From assembly GCA_963664015.2 (NCBI GenBank), contig CAXXLF010000002.1, forward strand, positions 96,001 to 160,000: a stretch of DNA of 64,000 nucleotides, given 5' to 3'. This stretch comes from Candidatus Binatia bacterium. GTDB taxonomy: Bacteria; Desulfobacterota; Binatia; UBA9968; CAXXLF01. The translations under genes were made by a program, and so were the position numbers. Each line of letters begins with the position of its first letter. Position 1 is the first letter of the stretch. Shown here in pieces: positions 46,801 through 62,478 of the stretch. The notes beneath the pieces are model-generated. The model did not search any database. It saw only the letters and a list, made by a program, of their open reading frames with translations, and was not told where the DNA came from.

Positions 46801-47738
46801 CCTTGTAGTGTGCGTGACTCACTGCAAGCATGCAGGGCTGGGGCGAACATTGGTAGCTGTAATTGCTGAAACTAGGTGCGGGTCCAACTCCGTGATTCAG
46901 TCAGGACACACTGAATATACTCTGTATGTTTGGGCCAGCTCCCTTTTAGTCGAATTGCTCAGTTGTTTGCTATTGGTCTTGATGCTGTTTGGCTCTGGGC
47001 CTCACAACTTTGGCTGACGCCAGACACACACTCACATGACCTGTACATACTCATCTCTACTATATATAGCCAAATAGCGTATATGTGTGTGTGTGTTGTT
47101 GTTGTTTTACGTGTAGGTTGTAGTGTTTTATCCCAAGCCTTTATTCCCTGTGTGTGGTGTGTGTACACGTATATACCAGTGTGTACTATGTGTACGGATC
47201 ATACATGCAGTGCCCCTGGATCTCATAGGGAGACTGACCACAAGCTATAGTAGGCGGCCTTGGAAATGCCTTTTGTTTTTTCATCCGAATTCTGCACACC
47301 CACTCACACACACACACACATACTCACACACATACTCACACTTTGTGTGCAAGCGTGCACCCACCAGTGGTGCATGGTGTTGTTTGTTTTAGGTCAGGCC
47401 ACCGCCATTATTTTGCACATTTCCTGTGGAATTCGTGCTGTGCAAGCTACCAGTGCCGCTCTCTACTGACTATATTTGCATTCCTTGCCAACTGCCCAGA
47501 CTCGTTGGAGCCACCTGTTGGGCTTATTAACTACCGGCCTGTTTTTCGCCATTGTTTCTCTAATTATTATGTAGCATGTGGAATGTGTACGAGGCCACGT
47601 GCCTGATACCTCTCTCTCTCTCTCTCTCTTCCCCCCTCACACACACACGCACACACGCACGCACACACACACACAGTGCAATCAACTCCTCTCGCTGCTG
47701 CTGCGTGTCTGTATATACACACCGACGACAGTGATACC

Positions 47739-52715
<4,977 letters not shown>

Positions 52716-53034
52716 GGGTTCAAAGGTCGAGGGACCCCTTTTGCCTGTTATCTTGTGTTTTTGTGATCATTTTTGATAACCAGTTTTGTATGGTAATCCA
52801 CACGATCGTCTCTCTAATCAAGTTTTTTCCTTACATTTTGTATGCTGTGTGTGTGCGTGCGTGTGTTCTCTGTACATCGAAGATGCAAATACTATCATGT
52901 TCTCAAAAATATTAATATTTTCAAAAATCTGCGCATAATATTGAAAGAATTCTGAAAATGAGATGGTGAACATGTGTGTCTGAATAATACAACATGCGGT
53001 GAAAGTGTGTGTGGTGGGTGCTGATGAAGAAGGG

Positions 53035-53403
53035 TCAACCCCACTCTGATTCATCATTTGTTGCTAGGGAGTGTGGAAAGGCGGTTCTTGCAGTGGGAGT
53101 CATCAGTGACGGAGGGAGAAATGATCTGTATGGCTCCAGGTAGAGTGGCAGGTCCTCCCTACTGGGTCCTCTCAGACCTGACGAGGCGTCATTGACTCCA
53201 TCATCACCCTCCCTTTCTCTTCTCCTCTCCCTCTCTTTCATCTTCTGCTCTTCGTATCTCGCCAGCACCTCCGGGTGGGTGGTCAGCCACTGCTGCAGAA
53301 GCTCCTCCCCACTCAGCTCGCTGTACAGGACATCGGCTCGTCCACCCCTAACACTTCTATCCGCTATTGTGAGGGGAGGTTGATTCCAATTAGAGCGCAC
53401 CAT
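53035..53403 (-). CDS. Hypothetical 122-aa intronless protein
   Basis: ATG-to-TGA ORF with protein-like composition (helical Glu/Arg-rich middle) and no microsatellite, divergent from MYO18. No family recognised. Confidence 0.45.
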   Translation of the reverse strand: MVRSNWNQPPLTIADRSVRGGRADVLYSELSGEELLQQWLTTHPEVLARYEEQKMKERERRREREGDDGVNDASSGLRGPSREDLPLYLEPYRSFLPPSLMTPTARTAFPHSLATNDESEWG

Positions 53404-53855
53404 GAAGATTTATTGTTTCTCACTGGCGAATGACTCGTAGTGAAGGCGGCGGTTTCTCTGGTGACCTGCTCCCTGCAGGTGCCGCCTCCTAGCCATTGGA
53501 GTGTCCTGAAAGGACTTCCCGCAGTACTCACAGTGGTACCGCTTGGGCGGGGTCGACCTTTGGACTGGGCGGGGCTTGTTTTCGCGGTCCCGGTTCGGTT
53601 CCGCACGCGGACATATTACGTTGGATATTGTAATTATCGCACGCGCGCCGCAGCAACCGTCTCTCTCTCTTCTTTTTGGGAAGATACTAACTCCTTCTCC
53701 CGTCGAAAAGAGGAGACTACAGCCTCGATCAGACAGGAGAGGTGGTTTGGTAAGGACGAACCTTCCTAGTCGCCCGTCAGTGAGTCGAAGAAGAGACTCC
53801 TACCTCTATCTCGAGGGGCGGGGAATAGTAATCAGCCGAGCAGGGAGAGTCAGCG

Positions 53856-54857
53856 ATGCCTCTGTTTGGGAAGAAGCACAAAGATAAGGATAAGAAGGGG
53901 GCCAAGAAGCCGCCGTCACCCGACTCTCCCCAGCACTATGCAGGAGGAGGTCACAGAGGCGCCTCTAAACCCAGCCCAAGCTCTTCCCTGCAGAACCTCT
54001 CGTCTTCTCGCTCGGCTGGCGGCGTCAGGAGGGACCGCGAGTTGTCGGCGATGGGGTCGGTGAAAGACAAGGTCACTCGCTACGAGCAGGTGGCAGGGGT
54101 GAAGGAAGCGAGCGCTAGTTACACCAGCCTCAACTCCCGCGACCGCTCCACGACCAGCCCGCCTCCCTCCAGCTCTGCCGCGAGTCAGCACGGCTCCTAC
54201 GCCTCTCTGCTCCGCCCTGAGGTCCGCTCTACCGCTGGTTCCAGCGTCTCCTCCGTCGCCTCTCCCTCCTCTGACCAGATCACCCTCACAGCCCCTTCCA
54301 CAACCACCTCCTACCAACTGCCTAGCTCTTACAGTGGGTTCGAGAGCCCACCAGCTGTCACAGAAGAAGAAGCTCATCCAGTTAGAGATGGGAGGGACCT
54401 CCCTCTCCCTCCTCTCCAGATGGCCACCGTCAAACACCGCAGCGTGCTGGCTGAAAAGAGCCCCTCCCACGGCGGAGGGTTCGGCTTTATTCTGCGTCAG
54501 TCCTACCTCCCGATGCCAGATGATCCGGGGCAGACGAGACTGGTACACTTGGTGGAGCCGAGACCTGATTATATGGGCCCACTAATGACAGGGGACCGGA
54601 TAATCGAGGTGAACGGGGAGGTGGTTGAGAATGAGCCTCACGAGAGGGTTGTGGAACTGATCAAGGCCTCGGGGGTCCAGGTTGATCTGATGGTGGCATC
54701 AATGCCTGAGCTCCAGGAATTGAACGCCCGCGTATTCCAGGGATCGGACAACCCGTTTGCCAATCGGGACAACAGGATGAGGAAGTCGGCCAGGATGAAG
54801 CCGGGGCAGACTGGAACGCTGAGGAAGCAGGGAGCAAAGGCTAAGAGAGAGTTCAAG
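53856..54857 (+). CDS. MYO18A: Myosin XVIIIA-like, exon 1 only (KE-rich start, Ser-rich linker, PDZ domain); remainder absent from the window
   Basis: MPLFGKKHKDKDKK; DLPLPPL...GFGFILRQ...LVHLVEP...GDRIIEVNG...VVELIKASG...MPELQELN matches the MYO18A PDZ region. Donor AAG|GTGAGT at 54857/54858. Confidence 0.8.
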
Positions 54858-56039
54858 GTGAGTGTTTGAAATGCAGTATATACACATGGTGTGGTGTATA
54901 GTGGTTCATAGAAACGTAGTCTGGTGGCATATGCTGTGCACACACCCACTCTCTTCACCTCTATTGCACTGTCTTGCCCTCTGTATGTGTGACTACAGCC
55001 TATACTTACTGCTCTCCATATGGTATTGTACGTACACACATTTTGTATTGTGTGTCGTACAGTCAATCACTGAAATATGGTGTTTATTTGCGTTGGAAGT
55101 CCAGGGAAATGTGTCCTTTGCTGCCTGTTTTCACTCTGTGTGTGTATCTCAAGCTTCCCTTTCTTCTGGGGCACACAACACCAGCCATAGAGCCAGACAT
55201 TATCACTTCTGACTTGTCTTATGCTCCCATGCCATTGTGAGAGCATGCTCTATCTGGGCTGGCTGCCTTTGTGTGTGTGTCTTAGTTTAGACTGGCTGTA
55301 ATAGCTGCCATTATGAGTAGGGGCTGTGCTAATTTGCCTCACCCTACCTCCCACACTCTATGGGGTATTGCACAAACTGTGTGTGCTCATGTGTGAAGCT
55401 GTGTTGTACAGTGTGATGTATGTACGTACATAGCTGTGTGTATACAATATGTGGTGTGTGTTGTGGCCTGACTGCTACGCAAGGAATTGGAGTTTCATAG
55501 GATGATGAGTTTGTTGAGACACTGCGTTGGCATGCAGATATCTCACCTCAGCCCACTCTGATGAACGAGGCTGGCAGGAGGAATCTAGCAGGATTCCCTA
55601 GAGGAGGGGAGGGGGGATGCTAGCTACAATACCTGAGGAAACCAACACAACACCCCAACACATACACAACACACGCACACATGTACACACACATGCACAC
55701 TCAAGAATGCATTGCCCTCTGCAGAGTGTGTTCATATACAGCCCCATTATCCACTCTCTAGCAACAAGCTCCACCGTAATCTCATTACCAACTCCAAGAG
55801 AGGTGCTATCAGCAGTACTCAGTGTCTCATTAACCCTATTCTGCCACCTTTTGTGATGTGTTGTACATACAGTACATGTGTATGTATACATACAGCGCTG
55901 CTGTTCTCCATGCAAATTCAAAGAAATGTCTGTCTGTGGCTCTTGGCCAGTTTCCATTCATTTGCTGCCCTCTTTGAATGCCACACTTCCGGGCACTTGC
56001 TGCTAAGTAGGTCTGAAATGTACTGAGATGTTGGACACA

Positions 56040-56111
56040 TGTGAGTGCGTCTCTTGGCTACCAGGTCAAGCCAGAGGCGTTCGTTCCAAGGGAGAGAGAA
56101 TCCTAGTGGCC
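56040..56111. other. Approximate eukaryote-to-bacterium junction
   Basis: Left: CpG-poor, TG/CA-rich intron. Right: dense, intronless, CpG-rich bacterial genes with Shine-Dalgarno sites. No N gap. The exact breakpoint cannot be fixed by eye. Confidence 0.85.
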
Positions 56112-56966
56112 TCAAGTCAATAAGCGCACCAAGTAAGACTGGATGGGATCTTTCGTCCGTAATCGACGGAGGGCCATTCTCGCCCCTTCTTCCGCTGCAA
56201 AAATCCCAAAAATCGATGAACCGCTGCCCGACATGAGAGCTCCTATTGCGCCTTCCTGGATCAACGTCTGCTTGAGTGAAGCGATCCGGGGGTGGCGGGC
56301 AATCGTGACGCCTTCCAGGTCATTTACTAGTAAGCGCACCAGCTGGTCGGAGTGGCTCAATGGAAGGATTAACTTAGTATTCTTAATGGGTTTTGTCAAC
56401 TCAAAGTTGAGGTGGTTGTAGACCCATTGGGTCGAGACTGGGAACCCAGGATACACGATGACCAACCATAGCCGTGGCAGATTCGAAACCGAACGGATTC
56501 TATCCCCTACCCCGCGAACAATGGCAGGGCCCCCGTGAATGAAGAATGGGATATCGGCTCCGATGGAGGCCCCCAACTTTGCCATGACTGGTATGGACCA
56601 TTCCAACCGTAGGAGGCGATTCAGGCCTACCAACGTGGCCGCGGCGTCAGTGCTTCCGCTACCGAGTCCGGATCCCAGCGGGATCTTCTTCTTGATGTGG
56701 ATATGGATTGGCGTGAAGAGGTTTGCCCGTTGGAGAAGAATTTCCGCCGCTCGGTAAACCAGATTCTTCCTCCCCGTGGGGACACTTGCATCATCGCATG
56801 TAACCTCAATTGGGTCGCTACCCTTGGGGGATCGGGTGATCCGGAGTTCGTCATACAGGCTGACGGGTGCCATGAGGCTATCGAGGAGGTGGTAACCGTC
56901 GGCCCGTTTACCCACTATCCTGAGATACAGGTTGACCTTTGCCGGTGCCAGGATCTTCATCGTCAT
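56112..56966 (-). CDS. ispE: 4-diphosphocytidyl-2-C-methyl-D-erythritol kinase (MEP pathway)
   Basis: APAKVNLYLRIVGKRADGYHLL, KKIPLGSGLGSGSTDAA (GHMP kinase), GADIPFF, NDLE, MSGSGSSIFG. Confidence 0.96.
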   Translation of the reverse strand: MTMKILAPAKVNLYLRIVGKRADGYHLLDSLMAPVSLYDELRITRSPKGSDPIEVTCDDASVPTGRKNLVYRAAEILLQRANLFTPIHIHIKKKIPLGSGLGSGSTDAAATLVGLNRLLRLEWSIPVMAKLGASIGADIPFFIHGGPAIVRGVGDRIRSVSNLPRLWLVIVYPGFPVSTQWVYNHLNFELTKPIKNTKLILPLSHSDQLVRLLVNDLEGVTIARHPRIASLKQTLIQEGAIGALMSGSGSSIFGIFAAEEGARMALRRLRTKDPIQSYLVRLLT

Positions 56967-57279
56967 CCTAGCTAACACAGGCTAACGGATGATACCAGAT
57001 GCAGGACCGGAGGGGGGGGTGGCGCCAACTGGCATCGCAGTCTAGTCTAGACGGTCGGTAAAAGGTGTAACCCTGGACCCAGAAGAGACCTATACCTATA
57101 ATTGGTACCCCGGGTGGTGTTGGGAATGAGCCCTTCCAGGTGGCTAGTGTGAGGAGTAATTCTTAGGGGCGATATTTGGACGCTTTGCCGGTTGATTGGC
57201 AGGGTTTTACCCATCATTCCTTAAAGTCCGAAGTTGCTCAATTTGATTGGTCTCACTCTCGACCTGAAACAACTCGAAT

Positions 57280-57699
57280 CTAGCGTTTTTGAACGATGTC
57301 TTCTCCACTGAAGCGTTTGATCAGGTCAATGCGGATCAGTACTCCAAATCCTGTTCGCTCAGGATCCTTGTCCAGTTCGTCCTGGATCGTACCATCCATA
57401 ATCTTCTGGCGAATCTCTCCTTGCTTGTATAGCGTCGCTTGACCATAAAAACGCCATCCCACCCGGCGCCCTCGGTCGACATAAAGAACACACACGTTAG
57501 GGTTTTCCTGCATGTGACGCAATCCGAACTGGTGTGAACGTTCCCAAAAGGCAAGGTGATCACCGTTCCAGACAAACATGCTACCGCGATAACCAATACT
57601 GGATACTCCTTCTTTTGAAGCCGTTGCCAACAGGCACTCCTTGTTCTCCTCAAAGGACATGCCCAACCGCTCCTTCATTTCTTCAGTAATTTGTATCAT
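57280..57699 (-). CDS. Pyridoxamine 5'-phosphate oxidase-like FMN-binding split-barrel protein
   Basis: LLATASKEG...ENPNVCVL...RFYGQA; CAGGAG SD-like sequence upstream of MIQITEEM. Confidence 0.8.
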   Translation of the reverse strand: MIQITEEMKERLGMSFEENKECLLATASKEGVSSIGYRGSMFVWNGDHLAFWERSHQFGLRHMQENPNVCVLYVDRGRRVGWRFYGQATLYKQGEIRQKIMDGTIQDELDKDPERTGFGVLIRIDLIKRFSGEDIVQKR

Positions 57700-57863
57700 A
57701 AAGTTCACATGCTCCTGTCGGTTTGTGAATCTAAGGTGATGATGAGTCTTGGGGGTCCTTTTCTTTTGCACTGGCACCACCCCCTCTGTCAAGCATGGAC
57801 ACAGCCGGTTATCTTGACACCCCATCAGGCTACGTGGTAATCGGCACCTCGTTAGAGTTTTCC

Positions 57864-58731
57864 ATGAGACATTTAAAACTAGCCTACAGAGACAACAATC
57901 GAACTCCGGTCATCTTCTGTATTCATGAAATGGTAAAAAGATTCTATGATCTTGACGTTGAGGTCGTGCAGATTCAGGGGACCAAGGCGTATGAGGCGGC
58001 GCTCTTCGACGGTTCCTGCGACGTCATCATCGAACATTTGGAGTATCTGTTTGCCGGCGCCAACGATAGACTGCCGGTGACTCTGTTCTGCGCCCCCAGT
58101 ATCAGCCGCGGCCTGGAATTGGTCGTGGACCCTCGAGTCCGCCATTTGGAAGAATGGAATGGGAAAACCATGGCCGTTCGGTCCTCCGGGGGGCCCCATG
58201 CGGTTACCTTATGGATCAAAAAGATGGGCCTTGAATCCACCGTGCGAACCGTCATCGTCAAGGATAGCGAAGTGGGGCGATGGGGACAGTGGAAAAAGGT
58301 CGTGAGCGGGGCTAAAGGTGCGCGACGTGCAGGATATCGAAGTAGTCGGGCATTTTGCCCAGGCCTGTCTCTCCAGGTTGCCCAACAGTAACCCGGATCT
58401 GTTCCTGGTTTATCTGAGATCGGTCATTCACGCCATCTGCATGATGAAGTTTCAAAGGGACGAAGCATTGAAGATTGTCTCGGGAGAACCCATGAGGCGA
58501 ATGAAGGTTGAAGATCCCGGTGAATTGGAGCGGCAGTTCGACTCTGTGACAAAGGGGCTCCAAGCCAAGCCTTACCCTACCCCGCCGGCGCTTTTCAATT
58601 CGGACGAGATTGCAGCCACCGAGTATGGGTCCAAGGAGGTAAATCCCTTGACCTTCTGGGACCTCCATTGGGTGAAGAAACTCGACGATGAAGGCTTCAT
58701 CGATAGCCTGATCGATCAGCTTCGATCCTGA
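57864..58731 (+). pseudogene. NMT1/THI5/SsuA-like ABC substrate-binding protein, frameshifted by a probable internal deletion
   Basis: The N-terminal frame runs to ...WKKVVSG (~58309); homology-like sequence continues in another frame as GLKVRDVQD...WDLHWVKKLDDEGFID. Confidence 0.7.
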
Positions 58732-58767
58732 GGAATACACTTTACATCGCTCATCCAGTTTATCCGT

Positions 58768-60582
58768 TTATCCAGGGGGCCGTTCCTGTGCCCCATCTCT
58801 GGATTCTACCAGCCTCCCACCAGCGAACACCAAAGTTAGGATCATCAAGACACCCGTAATAAGCACCATGACGGTGGCTGCCGCTGAAGCGACACTTAAA
58901 TCACCATCGCGCCATAGCATCCAAACTGACGCCGCAAGCACCAGGTTCTTGGTCTCGGTCAAGAATAACGCCATGCTCACCTCTCGGAACGTGAGCATGG
59001 CGGTCCACAGTCCAGCGAATATCAACGATGGTTTGATGAGCGGCGCAATGATCCGCCACATGACCGAGACATTCGAAGCGCCACACACTCTGGCGCACTC
59101 TTCCAACTCGGGCGTCACCTGGAGCAGGGCCGCATTGGTGATTCGGGTGCCATAGGCCAATCGGTTGAGGGAGTTGGCGATAATGATAATCATCACCGTG
59201 CCCCGCAGTGGAAGCCAGGGCAGCCATCTCGATGCAACGAGCCCCAAGATGAATAATGCGAAAGCGAAGGCGAGGCCAGGAATCGCGTGGGGAAGCATGG
59301 CTATGGTGTCCATCGTCTGACGCATACGCAACCGGGTCCGCACCACGACCCAAGAGGTCATAAAGCTGAAGAACAAGACTAGAACAGGTACGGTAACCAT
59401 CAAGAGAATCGTATTACGAATCACCTTGGGGCCGCCCATGATGGTATAGAGATCGTCATAATTTGCGAAGTTGAGTTTCGAAAGGGCCTCGATGGAAGGC
59501 ATTTGAACGTAAGGCAAAAGCGAGGTCCATACGATCACGAGTATGGGTAATACAACGGCGAGCAACAGGTAAAACAGCACGAAGGCGACACCCCAATATT
59601 TATAGCGCCCTAATTCCACATTCCGTGGCCGGTATCCTTTCCCGGTGATGACACCGTAGCGATGGGTCTTGGCCAGGATCCGGTGATAGAAGTGTAGCGC
59701 CAGTAAACTCGGAGCAGCGATCAGCACTCCATAGACTCCCGCAGCCCCGTAGGGGATCTCGGAGGCCGCCGAGTCAGGGGTTGTCGGATGGACAGTGTAG
59801 AAGAGTTCGCTGGCAAGCACAGGCGCCCTCCCGCTAGCTCCTCCTAGCATGGCGGGAATTTCAAAGATCGAGATAGCCGTCATGAAATTGTATATGGCGC
59901 CCCCCAATATAGCGGGCCATACCAGGGGCAGGCTCACTCGCACAAAGGTCCACCACCGGTTAACACCTGAAACCCCGGCGGCTTCTTCTAAGGTCGGATC
60001 CAGTGCACGCATGGGACCCGAGATGAGAAAGAACATGGAAGGGGTTAAAGCTAGGCCCATAACCCAGGCCATGCCGTAGGGATTATTCAAGTTTATGGGG
60101 ATACTCTCCAGGCCCAGGAGGGCGGCCAGTCCCTTGTTAATCAATCCAATCTTTTCATTGACCAGGATAATCCATCCCATGGCTTTGACAAAGCCAGGGA
60201 TGACGACCACGGTGGCAATCATTGCCATGAAGACGTTACGAAACGGTAGGGTTGTTCGATTGAGTAACCAGGCCAGGGGTCCAGCGAAGAAGATGGTGAC
60301 CAGAACGGTACCCACACCGACAATGAGAGTGTTGGGAATGACTTCGAGCGCCAGGTAGGAATCACTCAACAGGGCCCAATGGCTCAGGGTTAGCCCTGGT
60401 TCTATTGGCAGCCCCGGGACGAAAGTCATGTAGAGGACGAAAAAGGTGAGCGCCAACACTGAGGCAAGCGCCATCCAAGACAAACTCACAGGGAGGATTT
60501 GTGGGCCGAGGAACCGCTTTATCCGGTCCCCGGCCCTTCTATACCTATCCTGCTTATTGAACACCCCTACGACCTCGTTCAC
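58768..60582 (-). CDS. ABC transporter permease, FbpB/iron(III)-type with two fused TM domains
   Basis: Two EAA loops (LDPTLEEAAGVSG and VTPELEECARVCGAS), linker YGVITGKGYRP, about 12 TM segments. Confidence 0.92.
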   Translation of the reverse strand: MNEVVGVFNKQDRYRRAGDRIKRFLGPQILPVSLSWMALASVLALTFFVLYMTFVPGLPIEPGLTLSHWALLSDSYLALEVIPNTLIVGVGTVLVTIFFAGPLAWLLNRTTLPFRNVFMAMIATVVVIPGFVKAMGWIILVNEKIGLINKGLAALLGLESIPINLNNPYGMAWVMGLALTPSMFFLISGPMRALDPTLEEAAGVSGVNRWWTFVRVSLPLVWPAILGGAIYNFMTAISIFEIPAMLGGASGRAPVLASELFYTVHPTTPDSAASEIPYGAAGVYGVLIAAPSLLALHFYHRILAKTHRYGVITGKGYRPRNVELGRYKYWGVAFVLFYLLLAVVLPILVIVWTSLLPYVQMPSIEALSKLNFANYDDLYTIMGGPKVIRNTILLMVTVPVLVLFFSFMTSWVVVRTRLRMRQTMDTIAMLPHAIPGLAFAFALFILGLVASRWLPWLPLRGTVMIIIIANSLNRLAYGTRITNAALLQVTPELEECARVCGASNVSVMWRIIAPLIKPSLIFAGLWTAMLTFREVSMALFLTETKNLVLAASVWMLWRDGDLSVASAAATVMVLITGVLMILTLVFAGGRLVESRDGAQERPPG

Positions 60583-60670
60583 AGTCTTCCCTTATCCGTG
60601 AAGAGGCACTTGCTTACATTGGGCGAGCTAAGTGGATTTATTCGTTCCCGCATTCGAAAGGGAGTTTTCG

Positions 60671-61834
60671 CTAACGCTTGCCCTTCTTCTTTTTCCTACG
60701 TTGCGTCAATCCCTTTTTGAGTTCGGCGCGGTAGGCGCGTCCTTCATCGGTGCCAAACCATTTAAATCTTTGAATTGTCGCGGGGCTGTCATACCAAGTA
60801 ATGATCTTGCTACCACTCGCTTTCAAGCTTTTCCTGGCTTCTTTGTCGACGGCACTCTGCCCAAAGATGGCATTGGCTTGGGAGTTCGTCGGCTGCCATA
60901 TGGCCTGGGCCTCCGGGGTTGTCATCCATAGGGACCAGAGCGTAGCCGCGGCAGGATGCCGGACGTTCTTCGGAACGAGATGGAGTACCTTGGTCAGTGG
61001 CGTAAAATCCGTAAACCACCTCTGACCTAAGGGGACCGTGGGGTCCTTAGCCTTGCGTTGCCAGTAATAATAAGAATTCGTTGGTTGGAAGGCGAACTCG
61101 CCCAGTAGCATGCGGTCCATACCAGCTCCGTAACGGAGCACGGCGCCCGCGTTTCTTCCCGTTTGATCAGTGATCTTAAGCCATTTTTCTTTGTCGTAAA
61201 CCAGCGTCGCGACTTCCCACATGGAGGTCCAAGGGGGCACGGCAAACATTCCTTTAAATTTGGGATTGGCCAGGTCGGCGACGCTTTTTGGGAGCTCATC
61301 GGGAGTAATGAGTTTGGTGTTGTATATAAACGAACGGGTTCGGGTGCTCCACAGAAAGCTATAACCGCTGAATGGTGAGGGGCTCACGTCCTTCGGATTC
61401 ACTTGTCCGGAACCCACTAGCGGGTTGATTTCGGCCAATAGGAGCTTCCAGTTGGCGATGGGGGTCGAGAAACCAGCTTCCTTCATCTTCATATGCTCCT
61501 GACCTGTGCCGGTCAGGGCATCAAAGGTGGGTGTGCCACCGCTCTTGAGGGTGGCGTGAAGCTTGACGAACTTGGGAGACATGCTTCCGCGTGCAAGATT
61601 GATCTCCAAATTGTCAAGTCCGAAGCGCTTTTTAAAGGCGCTTGTCAAACGGGCCTGGGCCTTCACAATGCCCGACGTAATTGCCGAATCCAGGACTCCT
61701 TCTTTCTTCGCCTGACCAATCAGGTCGGCCAGGGCCTTTTTCCCCTCGGGACTTGCCCACGAGTAGGTCCCGACAACGCCTGATCCCAGGATAAATACAG
61801 CAGCCAAAAGGAAACTTTTTGTGAAATTACCCAT
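60671..61834 (-). CDS. ABC transporter extracellular solute-binding protein (AfuA/FbpA/thiamine-like cluster)
   Basis: Signal peptide; AKKEG; YNTKLI...PKSVADLANPKFKG; HPAAATLWSLWMTTPEAQ. SD AGAGGAGG before the ATG at 61834. Confidence 0.9.
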   Translation of the reverse strand: MGNFTKSFLLAAVFILGSGVVGTYSWASPEGKKALADLIGQAKKEGVLDSAITSGIVKAQARLTSAFKKRFGLDNLEINLARGSMSPKFVKLHATLKSGGTPTFDALTGTGQEHMKMKEAGFSTPIANWKLLLAEINPLVGSGQVNPKDVSPSPFSGYSFLWSTRTRSFIYNTKLITPDELPKSVADLANPKFKGMFAVPPWTSMWEVATLVYDKEKWLKITDQTGRNAGAVLRYGAGMDRMLLGEFAFQPTNSYYYWQRKAKDPTVPLGQRWFTDFTPLTKVLHLVPKNVRHPAAATLWSLWMTTPEAQAIWQPTNSQANAIFGQSAVDKEARKSLKASGSKIITWYDSPATIQRFKWFGTDEGRAYRAELKKGLTQRRKKKKGKR

Positions 61835-62036
61835 GATCCACCTCCTCTGCAAAAGTGGGGCTTATACTATTCGCGTTAACGTAGAGTGTCAAGGTACGTA
61901 TGAAACTTTCTCTTAAAGGCCGGGAATCTACATGAGGTGAGTTCCTGTGACTATTAGCCAACAATGGGGGTTGGGGTTGTCCATGATCCAAGGCCTTGAT
62001 TGACGTTCACGGGTAAGTCTGGTATCTGCAAATCTA

Positions 62037-62438
62037 ATGAAACTCAAAGATATCTTTTCAAGTTATCTTCTCATGGCGGCACTCATCCTGCTGAGCCTCG
62101 GCATCGGTAACTGGATCTTTGGGGCCATACAAATCACCAAGTATCAAAGGATGTTACAAAGCACGGCTGAACGTGGACGGGAAAACAGCTATCAGAATTT
62201 TCAGGAATTGGATCAACGTAAGAGCGAAGAGGTCCTAAGCCGCATCAATGAGGGCACAGAGCGAAGCAATACGGCCCGGGTCAAGGTGGATTTTTATTAT
62301 GTTGTGCTGGCCGGTGGGCGGTTACTCTTTTTTCTGGGCCTTTTCTTGACCTTCCTGGCCCTAATCCGACTCATCCGGCAGGATAGTATCAGCAAAATCC
62401 GAAGACTAAATTCTAAACTGCTTAGGAATCATCACTAA
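62037..62438 (+). CDS. Hypothetical membrane protein (two TM helices flanking a helical loop)
   Basis: 133-aa ORF with two hydrophobic segments; TTGACG...TATCTG promoter-like sequence upstream. Confidence 0.75.
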   Translation: MKLKDIFSSYLLMAALILLSLGIGNWIFGAIQITKYQRMLQSTAERGRENSYQNFQELDQRKSEEVLSRINEGTERSNTARVKVDFYYVVLAGGRLLFFLGLFLTFLALIRLIRQDSISKIRRLNSKLLRNHH

Positions 62439-62478
62439 CAGGTAATAAGATTTAAGCTAGGATCGGAAGAGACGTTCG

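Noticed and set aside
44151-47700. Many 60-106 aa ORFs upstream of the AUTS2-like gene
   Set aside because: Cys/Val/His/Thr-biased products of TG/CA-rich non-coding DNA; no consistent exon chain could be built.
55900-56111. tRNA-Gln or attachment site downstream of ispE marking an integration
   Set aside because: No tRNA cloverleaf, direct repeat or integrase is visible.
56112-56966. Domesticated horizontally acquired ispE giving an animal a MEP-pathway enzyme
   Set aside because: It sits in a continuous bacterial block with no introns or compositional amelioration; misassembly is more parsimonious until spanning reads say otherwise.
56980-57275. Riboswitch or ncRNA in the 300-bp gap upstream of ispE
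   Set aside because: No recognisable conserved motif or convincing structure by eye; an Infernal/Rfam scan would be needed.
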